NCBI GenBank assembly: GCA_964016885.1
Contig: OZ024743.1
Coordinates: forward strand, 76,756,001 to 76,820,000
Direction: 5' to 3'
DNA: 64,000 nt
DNA from: Eledone cirrhosa
Taxonomy: Eukaryota
The translations under genes were made by a program, and so were the position numbers. The notes under the pieces are model-generated. The model ran no database searches, was not told the origin of the DNA, and worked only from the letters and a program-made list of their open reading frames with translations. Below, one piece after another: positions 43,055-59,500 of the stretch. Position 1 is the stretch's first letter; the number at the start of each line of letters is the position of its first letter.

Positions 43055-43837
43055 AAGTGTTAAAACAATAAAATTTTAGTTTAGAACATTTATTTGCTGA
43101 CAATCGTTTCTTCCAAGGGGGAAGTCTGGATTCATCGGAGCATAAGGAATGTCGAAACATGTAACTAAAATCCTAGTCATTTAGAACATTTAGGGTACAT
43201 AATTGTTGTTAGTGTCATAGGTATCATGTGGAGAGTCAGGAGTTAAAAAGATGTTCTGCTTGAAAGAACACAATTACAGGCAGCACTGGTTGGAAGTGTA
43301 ATAGGTATAAGTAAAAATCACAAGCAAAAAAATCACAAGCAAAACAAACACAGGCAAAAAAGTTATAAGCAAGGACAATTGGTACACAATGTAGGAGTCA
43401 ATACAGTCAATAAGGCATGTATGAGGAAAGAGTTATAGTGCAGTTGAAATAAACATATTATAAGCATGTTATAATTGTTATAAATGTTTAAGATAGTGTG
43501 CAATTTGTTAGAGAGGCATGTGGTGATAGTGTAGGTATATTTTATGTAAGGTGTGATGCAAAGCACGTGATAGAGTTGGGTATGTGATTTTCATTTAGGT
43601 GTTTTTATGTTGTAGCTCGTATGTATGCGTGTATGTTGTTTGTTACTCACAGCTATTAACCATGGGATTATTTTGAGTCGTTTATAGTCAATAGGTGTTT
43701 GTTTGTTAAATGTAAATTCCACCGAATTACTGGCCATGTTATTGTAGGTATATTATTTTATGCATTTTTTATCTACAAATTATCTTTTCTAGGGTTTGTA
43801 TTAACCGTTATTAAGCTGTTGGTAAACCGTTAGGTTG

Positions 43838-43963
<126 letters not shown>

Positions 43964-43992
43964 AAAGAATAGAGGTGTAACACACAAGTTAT

Positions 43993-44275
43993 TATATATT
44001 GGTAAACGGAATAGAAAATGCTGACAAATTGTTCACAGTTGAAAAATGGTTTAATTAGGAATAAAAGAGTATTAGTGATTGTATGGGTTAGTATTCAGTT
44101 GTTGTTTTAAGTTTTTAACTTTTTACCGGTTGCGCATTTAGAAATGCGCAACCGGTAAAAACTTAAAAACTTAAAACAACTGAATACTAACTCATACAAT
44201 CACTAATACTCTTTTATTCCTAATTAAACCATTTTTCAACTGTGAACAATTTGTCAGCATTTTCTATTCCGTTTA

Positions 44276-44286
<11 letters not shown>
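43993..44286. repeat. Near-perfect ~290-bp palindrome flanked by TA repeats
   Basis: TATATTGGTAAACGGAATAG...GCGCATTT-AG-AAATGCGC...CTATTCCGTTTACCAATATA, centre at about 44140, with few mismatches. Confidence 0.92.
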
Positions 44287-44312
<26 letters not shown>

Positions 44313-44429
44313 CGAAGGAAGTGTGGTAAGGAACCAGGTGGACCGTAACGCACCAGAAAATGAGTCAGGACACCGACGGCAGAGCTCAAGCCGTTTCGAA
44401 GGCTATATATATATGGCAGCAGAAACAGA

Positions 44430-44594
44430 AACACCTAATATTCCCCCTCCATACAGATGCACACATGTATATAATGACTCATACACTATTCACCTCCCTG
44501 ACATTAGTATATTATAAGATGTACTATACCTGCACCTTTCATGAATTGTAGTGCACCTGAGCACAGTACCCAATAATTTCATTATTATTATTAG
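44430..44594 (+). mobile_element. Probable 3' end of a LINE/SINE with a short (ATT)n tail
   Basis: Ends GTAGTGCACCTGAGCACAGTACCCAATAATTTCATTATTATTATT. It resembles a common octopus repeat end from memory only; the left boundary is uncertain. Confidence 0.4.
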
Positions 44595-44596
44595 TT

Positions 44597-47500
44597 TATA
44601 CCCACGTACCATTTATAGTATATATATACCCACTTACCATCGATAGTCTATTATACACCCACCTACCATCTATAGTCTATATATACCCACCTACCATCTA
44701 TAGGTTATTATAGACCCACCTACCATTTATAGTCTATTATATACCCACCTACCATCTATAATCTATTATATACCCACCTACAATCTATAGTCTATTATAT
44801 ACACACCTACGAGCTATAGTCTATATATACCCACCTACCATCTATAGGTTATTATATACCCACCTACAATCTATAGTCTATTATATACCCACCTACCAGC
44901 TATAGTCTATATATACCCACCTACCATCTATAGTCTATATATACCCACCTACCATCTATAGTCTATATATACCCACCTACCATCTATAGGTTATTATAGA
45001 CCCACCTACCATCTATAGTCTATTATATACCCACCTACCATCTATAGTCTATTACATACCCGCCTACCATCTATAGTCTATTATATACCCACCTACCATC
45101 AGTAGTCTATTATATACCCACCTACCATCTATAGTCTATATATACCCACCTACCATCTATAGTCTATATATACCCACCTACCATCTATAGTCTATTATAT
45201 ACCCACCTACAATCAGTAGTCTATTATATACCCACCTACCATCAGTGTTCTATTATATACCCACCTACCAGCTATAGTCTATTATATACACACCTATCAT
45301 CAGTAGTCTATTATATACCCACCTACCATCAGTGTTCTATTATATTCCCACCTACCATCTATAGTCTATTATATACCCACTTACCCTCAATAGCCTATTA
45401 TATACCCACCTTTCATCTATAGTCTATTATATACCCACTTACCCTCAATAGTCTATTATATACCCACCTACCATCTATAGTCTGTTATATACCCACCTAC
45501 CGTCAGTAGTCTATTATATACCCACCTACCATCTATACTCTATTATATACCAACTTACCCTCAATAGTCTATTATATACACACCTACCATCAGTAGTCTA
45601 TTACATACCCACCTACCAGCAATAGTCTATTATATACCCACCTACCATCTATAGTCTATTATATACCCAACTACAATCAGTAGTCTATTATATTCCCACC
45701 TACCATCAGTAGTATATTATATACCCACCTACCATCTATAGCCTATATATACCCACCTACCATCTATAGTCTATTATATACCCACCTACCATCTATAGTC
45801 TATTATATACCCACCTACCACCTATAGTCTATTATATACCCACCTACCATCTATAGTCTATCATATACCCACCTACCATCTATAGTCTATTATATATCCA
45901 CCTACCATCTATAGTCTATTATATACCCACCTACCATCTATAGTCTATTGTATACCCACCTACCATCTATAGTCTATTATATAGCCACCTAAAATCTATA
46001 GTCTATTATATACCCACCTACCATCAGTAGTCTATTATATACCCACCTACCATCAGTAGTATATTATATACCCACCTACCATCTATAGCCTATATATACC
46101 CACCTACCATCTATAGTCTATTATATACCCACCTACCATCTATAGTTTATTATATACCCACCTACCATCTATAGTCTATTATATACCCACCTACATTCTA
46201 TAGTCTATTATATACCCACCTACCATCTATAGTCTATATATACCCACCTACCATCTATTATCTTTTATAGACCCACCTACCATCTATAGTCTATTATATA
46301 CCCACCTACCATCTATAGTCTATTATATACCCACCTACCATCTATAGTCTATTATATACCCACCTACCATCAGTAGTCTTTTATATACCTACCTACCATA
46401 TATAGTCTATTATATACCCACCTACCATCTATAGTCTACTATATACCCACCTACCATCTATAGTCTATTATATACCCACCTACCATCAGCAGTCTATTAT
46501 ATACCCAACTACCATCAGTAGTATATTATATACCCACCTACCATCTAGAGTCTATATATACCCACCTATCATCTATAATCTATTACATACCCAGCTACCA
46601 TCTAGAGTCTATTATATACCCACCTACCATCTATAGTTTATTATATACCCACCTATCATCTATAATCTATTACATACCCAGCTACCATCTATAGTCTATT
46701 ATATACCCACCTACCAGCTATAGTCTATTATATACCCACCTACCATCTATAGTCTATTATATACCCACCTACCATCTATAATCTATATATACCCACCTAC
46801 CATCTATAGTCTATTATATATCCACCTACCATCAGTAGTCTATATATACCCCCCTACGATCAGTAGTCTATATATACCCACCTACCATCAACAGTCTATT
46901 ATATACCCACCTACCATCTATAGCCTATTATATACCCAGCTACCATCTATAGACTATACGTACCAACCTACCACCTATGGTCTATTATATACCCACCTAC
47001 AATCAGTAGTCTATTATATACCCACCTTACATCAACAGTCTATTATATACACACCTACCATCAGTAGTCTATTATATACCCACCTACCACCTATAATCTA
47101 TTATATACCCACCTACTATCTATAGTATATTATATACCCACCTACCATCTATAGTCTATTATATACCCACCTACCATCTATAGTCTATTATATAACCACC
47201 TACCATTTTTAGTCTATTATATACCCACCTACCATCTATAGTCTTTATATACCCACCTACCATCAACAGTCTATTATATACCCACCTACCACCTATAGTT
47301 TATTATATATCCACCTACCATCTACAGTCTATTATATACCCATCTACCACCTATAGTCTATTATATACACACCTACCATCTATAGTCGATCATATACCCA
47401 CTTACCATCTATAGTCTTTTATATACCCACCTACATCAGTTGTCTATTATATACCTACCTAGCATCTATAGTCTATTATATACCCACCTACCATCTATAG

Positions 47501-50500
47501 TCTATTATATACCCACCTACCATCTATAGTCTATTATATACCCACCTACCATCTATTGTCTATTATATACCTACCTACCATCTATAGTCTATTATATACC
47601 CACCTACCATCTATAGTCTATTATATACCCATCTACCACCTATAGTCTATTATATACACAACTACCATCTATAGTCTATCATATACCCACTTACCATCTA
47701 TAGTCTTTTATATACCCACCTACATCAGTTGTCTATTATATACCCACCGACCATCTATGGTCTATTATATACCCTCCTACCATCTATAGTCTATTATATA
47801 CCCACCTACCGGCTATAGTCTATATAAACCCACCTACCATCTATAGTCTATTATATATCCACCTACCATCTATAGTCTATTATATACCCACCTACAATCA
47901 GTAGTCTATTATATAGCCATCTACCATCTATAGTCTATTATATACCCACTTACCATCTATAGTCTATTATATACCCACCTACCAGCTATAGTCTATATAT
48001 ACCCACCTACCATCAACAGTCTATTATATACCCACCTACCATCAGTAGTCTATTATATACCCACCTATCATCTATAGTCTATTATATACCCACCTACCAT
48101 CTATAGTCTATTATATACCCACGTACCATCAATAGTCTATTATATACCCACCTGCCATCTATAGTCTATATATACCCACCTACCATCTATAGTCTATTAT
48201 ATACCTACCTACCATCTACAGTCTATTATATACCCACCTACCATCTATAGTCTATTATATACCCACCTACCACCTATAGTCTATATATACCCACCTACCA
48301 TCACCAGTCTACTATATACCCACCTACCATCTATAGTCTATTATATACCCACCTACTATTTATAGTCTATTATATACCTACCTACCATCTATAGTCTATT
48401 ATATACTCACATACCATCAATGGTCTATTATATACCCACCTACCATTTATAGTCTATTATATACCCACATACCATCTATAGTCTATTATATACCCACATA
48501 CCATCTACAGTCTATTATATACCCACCTACCATCTATAGTCTATTATATACTCACCTACCATCTATAGTCTATTATATACCCATCTACCACCTATAGTCT
48601 ATTATAAACCCACCTACCATCTATTGTCTATTATATACCCACCTACAATCTATAGTCTATTATATACCCACCTACCATCTATAGTCTATTATATACCCAC
48701 CTACCATCAGTAGTCTATTATATACCCACCTACCATCAGTAGTCTATTATATACCTACCTACCATCTATAGTCTATTATATACCCACCTACCATCTATAG
48801 TCTATTATATACCCACCTACCAGCTATAGTCTATATATACCCACCTACCATCACCAGTCTATTATATACTCACCTACCATCAGTAATCTATTATATACCC
48901 ACCTACCACCTATAATCTATTATATACCCACCTACTATCTATAGTATATTATATACCCACCTACCATCTATAGTCTATTATATACCCACCTACCCTCAGT
49001 AGTCTATTATATACCCACCTACCATGTATAGTCTATAATATAGCCACTTACAATCTATAGTCTATTATATAACCACCTACCATTTATAGTCTATTATATA
49101 CCCACCTACCATCTATAGTCTTTATATACCCACCTACCATCAACAGTCTATTATATACCCACCTACCACCTATAATCTATTATATACCCACCTACCATCT
49201 ATAGTCTATTATATACCTACCTACCATCTATAGTCTATTATATACCCAACTACCATCAGTAGTATATTATATACCCACCTACCATCTATAGTCTATATAT
49301 ACACACCTATCATCTATAATCTATTACATACCCAGCTACCATCTAGAGTCTATTATATACCCACCTACCATCTATAGTTTATTGTATACCCACCTATCAT
49401 CTATAATCTATTACATACCCAGCTACCATCTATAGTCTATTATATACACACCTACCAGCTATAGTCTATTATATACCCACCTACCATCTATAGTCTATTA
49501 TATACCCACCTACCATGTATAGTCTATAATATAGCCACCTACCATCTATAGTCTATTATATAACCACCTACCATTTTTAGTCTATTATATACCCACCTAC
49601 CATCTATAGTCTTTATATACCCACCTACCATCAACAGTCAATTATATACCCACCTACCACCTATAGTTTATTATATATCCACCTACCATCTATAGTCTAT
49701 TATATACCCATCTACCACCTATAGTCTATTATATACCCACCTACAATCTATAGTCTATCATATACCCACCTACCATCTATAGTCTTTTATATACCCACCT
49801 ACCATCAGTAGTCTATTATATACCTACCTACCATCAATAGTCTATTATATACCCACCTACCATCTATAGTCTATTATATACCCACCTACCATCTATAGTC
49901 TATTATATACCCACCTACCATCTAAAGTCTATTATATACCCACCTACGAGCTATAGTCTATATATACCCACCTACCATCTATAGTCTATTATATACCCAC
50001 CTACCATCTATAGTCTATTATATACCCACCTACCATCTATCGTCTATTATATACCCACCTACCATCTATAGTCTATTATATACCCACCTACCGGCTATAG
50101 TCTATATATACCCACCTACCATCTATAATCTATTATATACCCACCTACCATCTATAGTCTATTATATATCCACCTACCATCTATAGTCTATTATATACCC
50201 ACCTACAATCAGTAGTCTCTTATATAGCCATCTACCATCTATAGTCTATTATATACCCACTTACCATCTATAGTCTATTATATACCCACCTACCAGCTAT
50301 AGTCTATATATACCCACCTACCATCAACAGTCTATTATATACCCACCTACCATCAGTAGTCTATTATATACCCACCTATCATCTATAGTCTATTATATAC
50401 CCACCTACCATCTATAGTCTATTATATACCCACGTACCATCAATAGTCTATTATATACCCACCTGCCATCTATAGTCTATATATACCCACCTACCATCTA

Positions 50501-53500
50501 TAGTCTATTATATACCTACCTACCATCTACAGTCTATTATATACCCACCTACCATCTATAGTCTATTATATACCCACCTACCACCTATAGTCTATATATA
50601 CCCACCTACCATCACCAGTCTACTATATACCCACCTACCATCTATAGTCTATTATATACCCACCTACTATTTATAGTCTATTATATACCTACCTACCATC
50701 TATAGTCTATTATATACTCACATACCATCAATGGTCTATTATATACCCACCTACCATTTATAGTCTATTATATACCCACATACCATCTATAGTCTATTAT
50801 ATACCCACATACCATCTACAGTCTATTATATACCCACCTACCATCTGTAGTCTATTATATACTCACCTACCATCTATAGTCTATTATATACCCATCTACC
50901 ACCTATAGTCTATTATAAACCCACCTACCATCTATTGTCTATTATATACCCACCTACAATCTATAGTCTATTATATACCCACCTACCATCTATAGTCTAT
51001 TATATACCCACCTAACATCAGTAGTCTATTATATACCCACCTACCATCAGTAGTCTATTATATACCTCCTACCATATATAGTCTATTATATACCCACCTA
51101 CCATCTATAGTCTTTACATACCCACCTACCATCAACAGTCTATTATATACCCACCTACCACCTATAGTCTATTATATATCCACCTACCATCTATAGTCTA
51201 TCATATACCCACCTACCATCTATAGTCTTTTATATACCCACCTACTATCAGTAGTCTATTATATACCTACCTACCATCTATAGTCTATTATATACCCACC
51301 TACAATCTATAGTCTATTATATACCCACCTACCATCTATAGTCTATTATATACCCACCTACCATCAGTAGTCTATTATATACCCACCTACCATCAGTAGT
51401 CTATTATATACCTACCTACCATCTATAGTCTATTATATACCTACCTACCATCTATAGTCTATTATATACCCAACTACCATCAGTAGTATATTATATACCC
51501 ACCTACCATCTATAGTCTATATATACACACCTATCATCTATAATCTATTACATACCCAGCTACCATCTAGAGTCTATTATATACCCACCTACCATCTATA
51601 GTTTATTGTATACCCACCTATCATCTATAATCTATTACATACCCAGCTACCATCTATAGTCTATTATATACACACCTACCAGCTATAGTCTATTATATAC
51701 CCACCTACCATCTATAGTCTATTATATACCCACCTACCATGTATAGTCTATAATATAGCCACCTACCATCTATAGTCTATTATATAACCACCTACCATTT
51801 TTAGTCTATTATATACCCACCTACCATCTATAGTCTTTATATACCCACCTACCATCAACAGTCAATTATATACCCACCTACCACCTATAGTTTATTATAT
51901 ATCCACCTACCATCTATAGTCTATTATATACCCATCTACCACCTATAGTCTATTATATACCCACCTACAATCTATAGTCTATCATATACCCACCTACCAT
52001 CTATAGTCTTTTATATACCCACCTACCATCAGTAGTCTATTATATACCTACCTACCATCAATAGTCTATTATATACCCACCTACCATCTATAGTCTATTA
52101 TATACCCACCTACCATCTATAGTCTATTATATACCCACCTACCATCTAAAGTCTATTATATACCCACCTACGAGCTATAGTCTATATATACCCACCTACC
52201 ATCTATAGTCTATTATATACCCACCTACCATCTATAGTCTATTATATACCCACCTACCATCTATCGTCTATTATATACCCACCTACCATCTATAGTCTAT
52301 TATATACCCACCTACCGGCTATAGTCTATATATACCCACCTACCATCTATAATCTATTATATACCCACCTACCATCTATAGTCTATTATATATCCACCTA
52401 CCATCTATAGTCTATTATATACCCACCTACAATCAGTAGTCTCTTATATAGCCATCTACCATCTATAGTCTATTATATACCCACTTACCATCTATAGTCT
52501 ATTATATACCCACCTACCAGCTATAGTCTATATATACCCACCTACCATCAACAGTCTATTATATACCCACCTACCATCAGTAGTCTATTATATACCCACC
52601 TATCATCTATAGTCTATTATATACCCACCTACCATCTATAGTCTATTATATACCCACGTACCATCAATAGTCTATTATATACCCACCTGCCATCTATAGT
52701 CTATATATACCCACCTACCATCTATAGTCTATTATATACCTACCTACCATCTACAGTCTATTATATACCCACCTACCATCTATAGTCTATTATATACCCA
52801 CCTACCACCTATAGTCTATATATACCCACCTACCATCACCAGTCTACTATATACCCACCTACCATCTATAGTCTATTATATACCCACCTACTATTTATAG
52901 TCTATTATATACCTACCTACCATCTATAGTCTATTATATACTCACATACCATCAATGGTCTATTATATACCCACCTACCATTTATAGTCTATTATATACC
53001 CACATACCATCTATAGTCTATTATATACCCACATACCATCTACAGTCTATTATATACCCACCTACCATCTGTAGTCTATTATATACTCACCTACCATCTA
53101 TAGTCTATTATATACCCATCTACCACCTATAGTCTATTATAAACCCACCTACCATCTATTGTCTATTATATACCCACCTACAATCTATAGTCTATTATAT
53201 ACCCACCTACCATCTATAGTCTATTATATACCCACCTAACATCAGTAGTCTATTATATACCCACCTACCATCAGTAGTCTATTATATACCTCCTACCATA
53301 TATAGTCTATTATATACCCACCTACCATCTATAGTCTTTACATACCCACCTACCATCAACAGTCTATTATATACCCACCTACCACCTATAGTCTATTATA
53401 TATCCACCTACCATCTATAGTCTATCATATACCCACCTACCATCTATAGTCTTTTATATACCCACCTACTATCAGTAGTCTATTATATACCTACCTACCA

Positions 53501-56500
53501 TCTATAGTCTATTATATACCCACCTACAATCTATAGTCTATTATATACCCACCTACCATCTATAGTCTATTATATACCCACCTACCATCAGTAGTCTATT
53601 ATATACCCACCTACCATCAGTAGTCTATTATATACCTACCTACCATCTATAGTCTATTATATACCCACCTACCATCTATAGTCTATTATATACCCACCTA
53701 CCAGCTATAGTCTATATATACCCACCTACCATCACCAGTCTATTATATACTCACCTACCATCAGTAATCTATTATATACCCACCTACCACCTATAATCTA
53801 TTATATACCCACCTACTATCTATAGTATATTATATACCCACCTACCATCTATAGTCTATTATATACCCACCTACCCTCAGTAGTCTATTATATACCCACC
53901 TACCATGTATAGTCTATAATATAGCCACCTACAATCTATAGTCTATTATATAACCACCTACCATTTTTAGTCTATTATATACCCACCTACCATCTATAGT
54001 CTTTATATACCCACCTACCATCAACAGTCTATTATATACCCACCTACCACCTATAATCTATTATATACCCACCTGCCATCTATAGTCTATTATATACCTA
54101 CCTACCATCTATAGTCTATTATATACCCAACTACCATCAGTAGTATATTATATACCCACCTACCATCTATAGTCTATATATACACACCTATCATCTATAA
54201 TCTATTACATACCCAGCTACCATCTAGAGTCTTTTATATACCCACCTACCATCTATAGTTTATTGTATACCCACCTATCATCTATAATCTATTACATACC
54301 CAGCTACCATCTATAGTCTATTATATACCCACCTACCAGCTATAGTCTATTATATACCCACCTACCATCTATAGTCTATTATATACCCACCTACCATGTA
54401 TAGTCTATAATATAGCCACCTACCATCTATAGTCTATTATATAACCACCTACCATTTTTAGTCTATTATATACCCACCTACCATCTATAGTCTTTATATA
54501 CCCACCTACCATCAACAGTCAATTATATACCCACCTACCACCTATAGTTTATTATATATCCACCTACCATCTATAGTCTATTATATACCCATCTACCACC
54601 TATAGTCTATTATATACCCACCTACTATCTATAGTCTATCATATACCCACCTACCATCTATAGTCTTTTATATACCCACCTACCATCAGTAGTCTATTAT
54701 ATACCTACCTACCATCAATAGTCTATTATATACCCACCTACCATCTATAGTCTATTATATACCCACCTACCATCTATAGTCTATTATATACCCACCTACC
54801 ATCTAAAGTCTATTATATACCCACCTACGAGCTATAGTCTATATATACCCACCTACCATCTATAGTCTATTATATACCCACCTACCATCTATAGTCTATT
54901 ATATACCCACCTACCATCTATCGTCTATTATATACCCACCTACGATCTATAGTCTATTATATACCGACCTACCATTTATAGTCTATTATATACCCACCTA
55001 CCATCTATAGTCTATTATATACCCACATACCATCTACAGTCTATTATATACCCACCTACCATCTATAGTCTATTATATACCCACCTACCATCTATAGTCT
55101 ATTATATACTCACCTACCATCTATAGTCTAATATATACCCATCTACCACCTATAGTCTATTATAAACCCACCCACCATCTATTGTCTATTATATACCCAC
55201 CTACCATCTATAGTCTATTATATACCCACCTACCATCTATAGTCTATTATATACCCACCTACCATCTATAGTCTATTATATACCCACCTACCATTTATAG
55301 TCTATTATATACCCACCTAACATCTATAGTCTATTATATACCCACATACCATCTACAGTCTATTATATACCCACCTACCATTTATAGTCTATTATATACC
55401 CACCTACCATCTATAGTCTATTATATACTCACCTACCATCTATAGTCTAGTATATACCCACCTATAGTCTATTATAAACCCACCTACCATCTATTGTCTA
55501 TTATATACCCACCTACCATCAATAGTCTATTATATACCCACCTACCATCAGCAGTCTATATATACCCACGGTCCATGACCAGTCTATTATATACCCACCT
55601 CCATCTATAGTCTATTATATACCCACCTACCATTTATAGTCTATTATATACCTACCTACCATCAGTAGTCTATTATATACCCACCCACGATCAGTAGTCT
55701 ATTATATACCCCCTACCATCTATAGTCTATTATATACCCACCTACCATCTATAGTCTTTATATACCCACCTAGCATCGACAGTCTATTATATACCCACCA
55801 ACCACCTATAGTTTATTATATATCCACCTACCATCTATAGTCTATTATATACCTATCTACCACCTATAGTCTATTATATACCCACCTACCATTTATAGTC
55901 TATCATATACCTACCTACCATCTATAGTCTATTATATACCCACCTACCGTCTATAGTCTATATATACCCACCTACCATCAACAGTCTATTATATACTCAC
56001 CTACCATCAGTAGTCTATTATATACCCACCTACCATCGATAGTCTATTATATACCCACCTACCACCTATAATTTATTATATACCCACCTACTATCTATAG
56101 TATATTATATACCCACCTACCATCTATAGTCTATTATATACCCACCTACCCTCAGTAGTCTATTATATACCCACCTACCATCTATATTCTATTATATAGC
56201 CACCTACTATCTATAGTCTATTATATACCCACCTACCATTTTTAGTCTATTATATACCCACCTACCATCTATAGTCTTTATATACCCATCTACCATCAAC
56301 AGTCTATTATATACCCACCTACCACCTATAGTTTATTATATATCCACCTACCATCTATAGTCTATTATATACCCATCTACCATCTATAGTCTATTATATA
56401 CCCACCTACGTCAGTTGTCTATTATATACCTACCTAGCATCTATAGTCTATTATATACCCACCTACCATCAGTAGTCTATTATATACCTACCTACCATCT

Positions 56501-59500
56501 ATAGTCTATTATATACCCACCTACCATCTATAGTCTATTATATAACCACCTACCATCAGTAGTCTATTATATACCCACCTACGAGCTATAGTCTATATAT
56601 ACCCACCTACCATCTATAGTCTATTATATACCCACCTAGCATCTATAGTCTATTATATACCCACCTACCATCTATAGTCTATTATATACCCACCTACGAG
56701 CTATAATCTATATATACCCACCTACCATCTATAGTCTATTATATACACGCTTACTATCAACAGTCTATTATATACCCACATAGCATCTATAGTCTATTAT
56801 ATACCCACCTACTATCTATAGTGTATTATATACCCACCGACGAGCTATAGTCTATATATACCCACGTACCATCTATAGTCTATTATATACACACCTACCA
56901 TCTATAGTCTATTATATACCCACCTACCATCAGTAGTCTATTATATACCTACGTACCATCTATAGTCTATTATATACCCACCTACGAGCTATAGTCTATA
57001 TATACCCACTTACCATCTATAGTCTATTATATACACACCTACCATCTATAGTCTATTATATACCCACCTACGAGCTATAGTCTATATATACCCACCTACC
57101 ATCTATAGTCTATTATATACCCACCTACCAGCTATAGTCTATTATATACCCACGTACCATCAATAGTCTATTATATACCCGCCTGCCATCTATAGTCTAT
57201 ATATACCCACCTACCATCTATAGTCTATTACATACCCACCTACCATCTATAGTCTATTATATACCCACCTACTATCAGTAGTTTATTATATACCCACTTA
57301 CCATCTATAGACTATATATACCAACCTACCATCTATAGTCTATTATATACCTTCCTACCATCTACAATCTATTATATACCCACCTACTATCAGTAGTTTA
57401 TTATATACCCACTTACCATCTATAGACTATATATACCAACCTACCATCTATAGTCTATTATATACCTACCTACCATCTACAGTCTATTATATACCCACTT
57501 ACCATCTATACTCTATTATATACCCACCTACCATCAGTAGTCTATTATAAACCCACCTACCATTTATAGTCTATTATATACCTACCTACCATCAGTAGTC
57601 TATTATATACCCACCCACGATCAGTAGTCTATTATATACCCACTACTATCTATAGTCTATTATATACCTACCTACTATCTAGAGTCTATTATATATCCAC
57701 CTACCATCTATAGTCTATTATATACCCACCTACCATCTATAGTCTATTATATACCCACATACCATCTATAGTCTATTATATACTCACATACCATCAATAG
57801 TCTATTATATACCCACCTACCATTTATAGTCTATTATATACCCACCTATCATCTATAGTCTATTATATACCCACATACCATCTACAGTCTATTATATACC
57901 CACCTACCATCTATAGTCTATTATATACCCACCTACCAACTATAGTCTATTATATACTCACCTACCATCTATAGTCTATTATATACCCACCTATAGGCTA
58001 TTATATACCCACCTACCATCTATTGTCTATTATATACCCACCTACCATCTATAGTCTATATATACCCACCTACCATCTATAATCTATATATACCCACCTA
58101 CCATCTATAGTCTATTATATACCCACCTACATTCTATAGTCTATTATATACCCACCTACCATCTATAGTCTATTATATACCTACCTACCATCTATAGTCT
58201 ATTATATACCCACCTACCATCAGTAGTCTTTTATATACCCACCTACCATTTATAGTCTATTATATACCCACCTAACATCTATAGTCTATTATATACCCAC
58301 ATACCATCTACAGTCTATTATATACCCACCTACCATCTATAGTCTATTATATACCCACCTACCAACTATAGTCTATTATATACTCACCTACCATCTATAG
58401 TCTATTATATACCCACCTATAGGCTATTATATACCCACCTACCATCTATTGTCTATTATATACCCACCTACCATCTATAGTCTATATATACCCACCTACC
58501 ATCTATAATCTATATATACCCACCTACCATCTATAGTCTATTATATACCCACCTACCATCTATAGTCTATTATATACCCACCTACCATCTATAGTCTATT
58601 ATATACCCATCTACTATCTATAGTCTATTATATACCCACCTACATTCTATAGTCTATTATATACCCACCTACCATCTATAGTCTATTATATACATACCTA
58701 CCATCTATAGTCTATTATATACCCACCTACCATCAGTAGTCTTTTATATACCCACCTACCATCTATACTCTATTATATACCCACCTACCATCTATAGTCT
58801 ATTATATAGCCACCTACCATCAGTAATCTATTATATACCCACCTACCATCAGTAGTCTATTATATACCTACCTACCATCTATAGTCTATTATATACCTAC
58901 CTACCATCTATAGTCTATTATATACCCACCTATAGTCTATTATATACCCACCTACCATCTATTGTCTATTATATACCCACCTACCATCTATAGTCTATAT
59001 ATACCCACCTACCATCTATAGTCTATTATATACCCAACCACCATCTATAGTCTATTATACACCCATCTACCATCTATAGACTATATATACCCACGTACCA
59101 CCTATAGTCTATTATAAACCCACCTACCATCTATAGTCTATCATATACCCACCTACCATCAACAGTCAATTATATACCCACCTACCATCTATAGTCTATT
59201 ATATACCCACCTACCATCTATAGTCTATTATATACCCACCTACCATCTATAGTCTATTATATACCCACCTACCATCCATAGTCTATTATATACCCACCTA
59301 CCATCAGTAGTCTATTATATACCCACCTACCATCTATAGTCTGTTATATACCCACCTACCATCTATAGTCTATTATATACCCATCTACCACCTATCGTCT
59401 ATTATATACCCACCTAACATCTATAGTCTATCATATACCCACTTACCATCTATAGTCTTTTATATACCCACCTACATCAGTTGTCTATTATATACCCACC

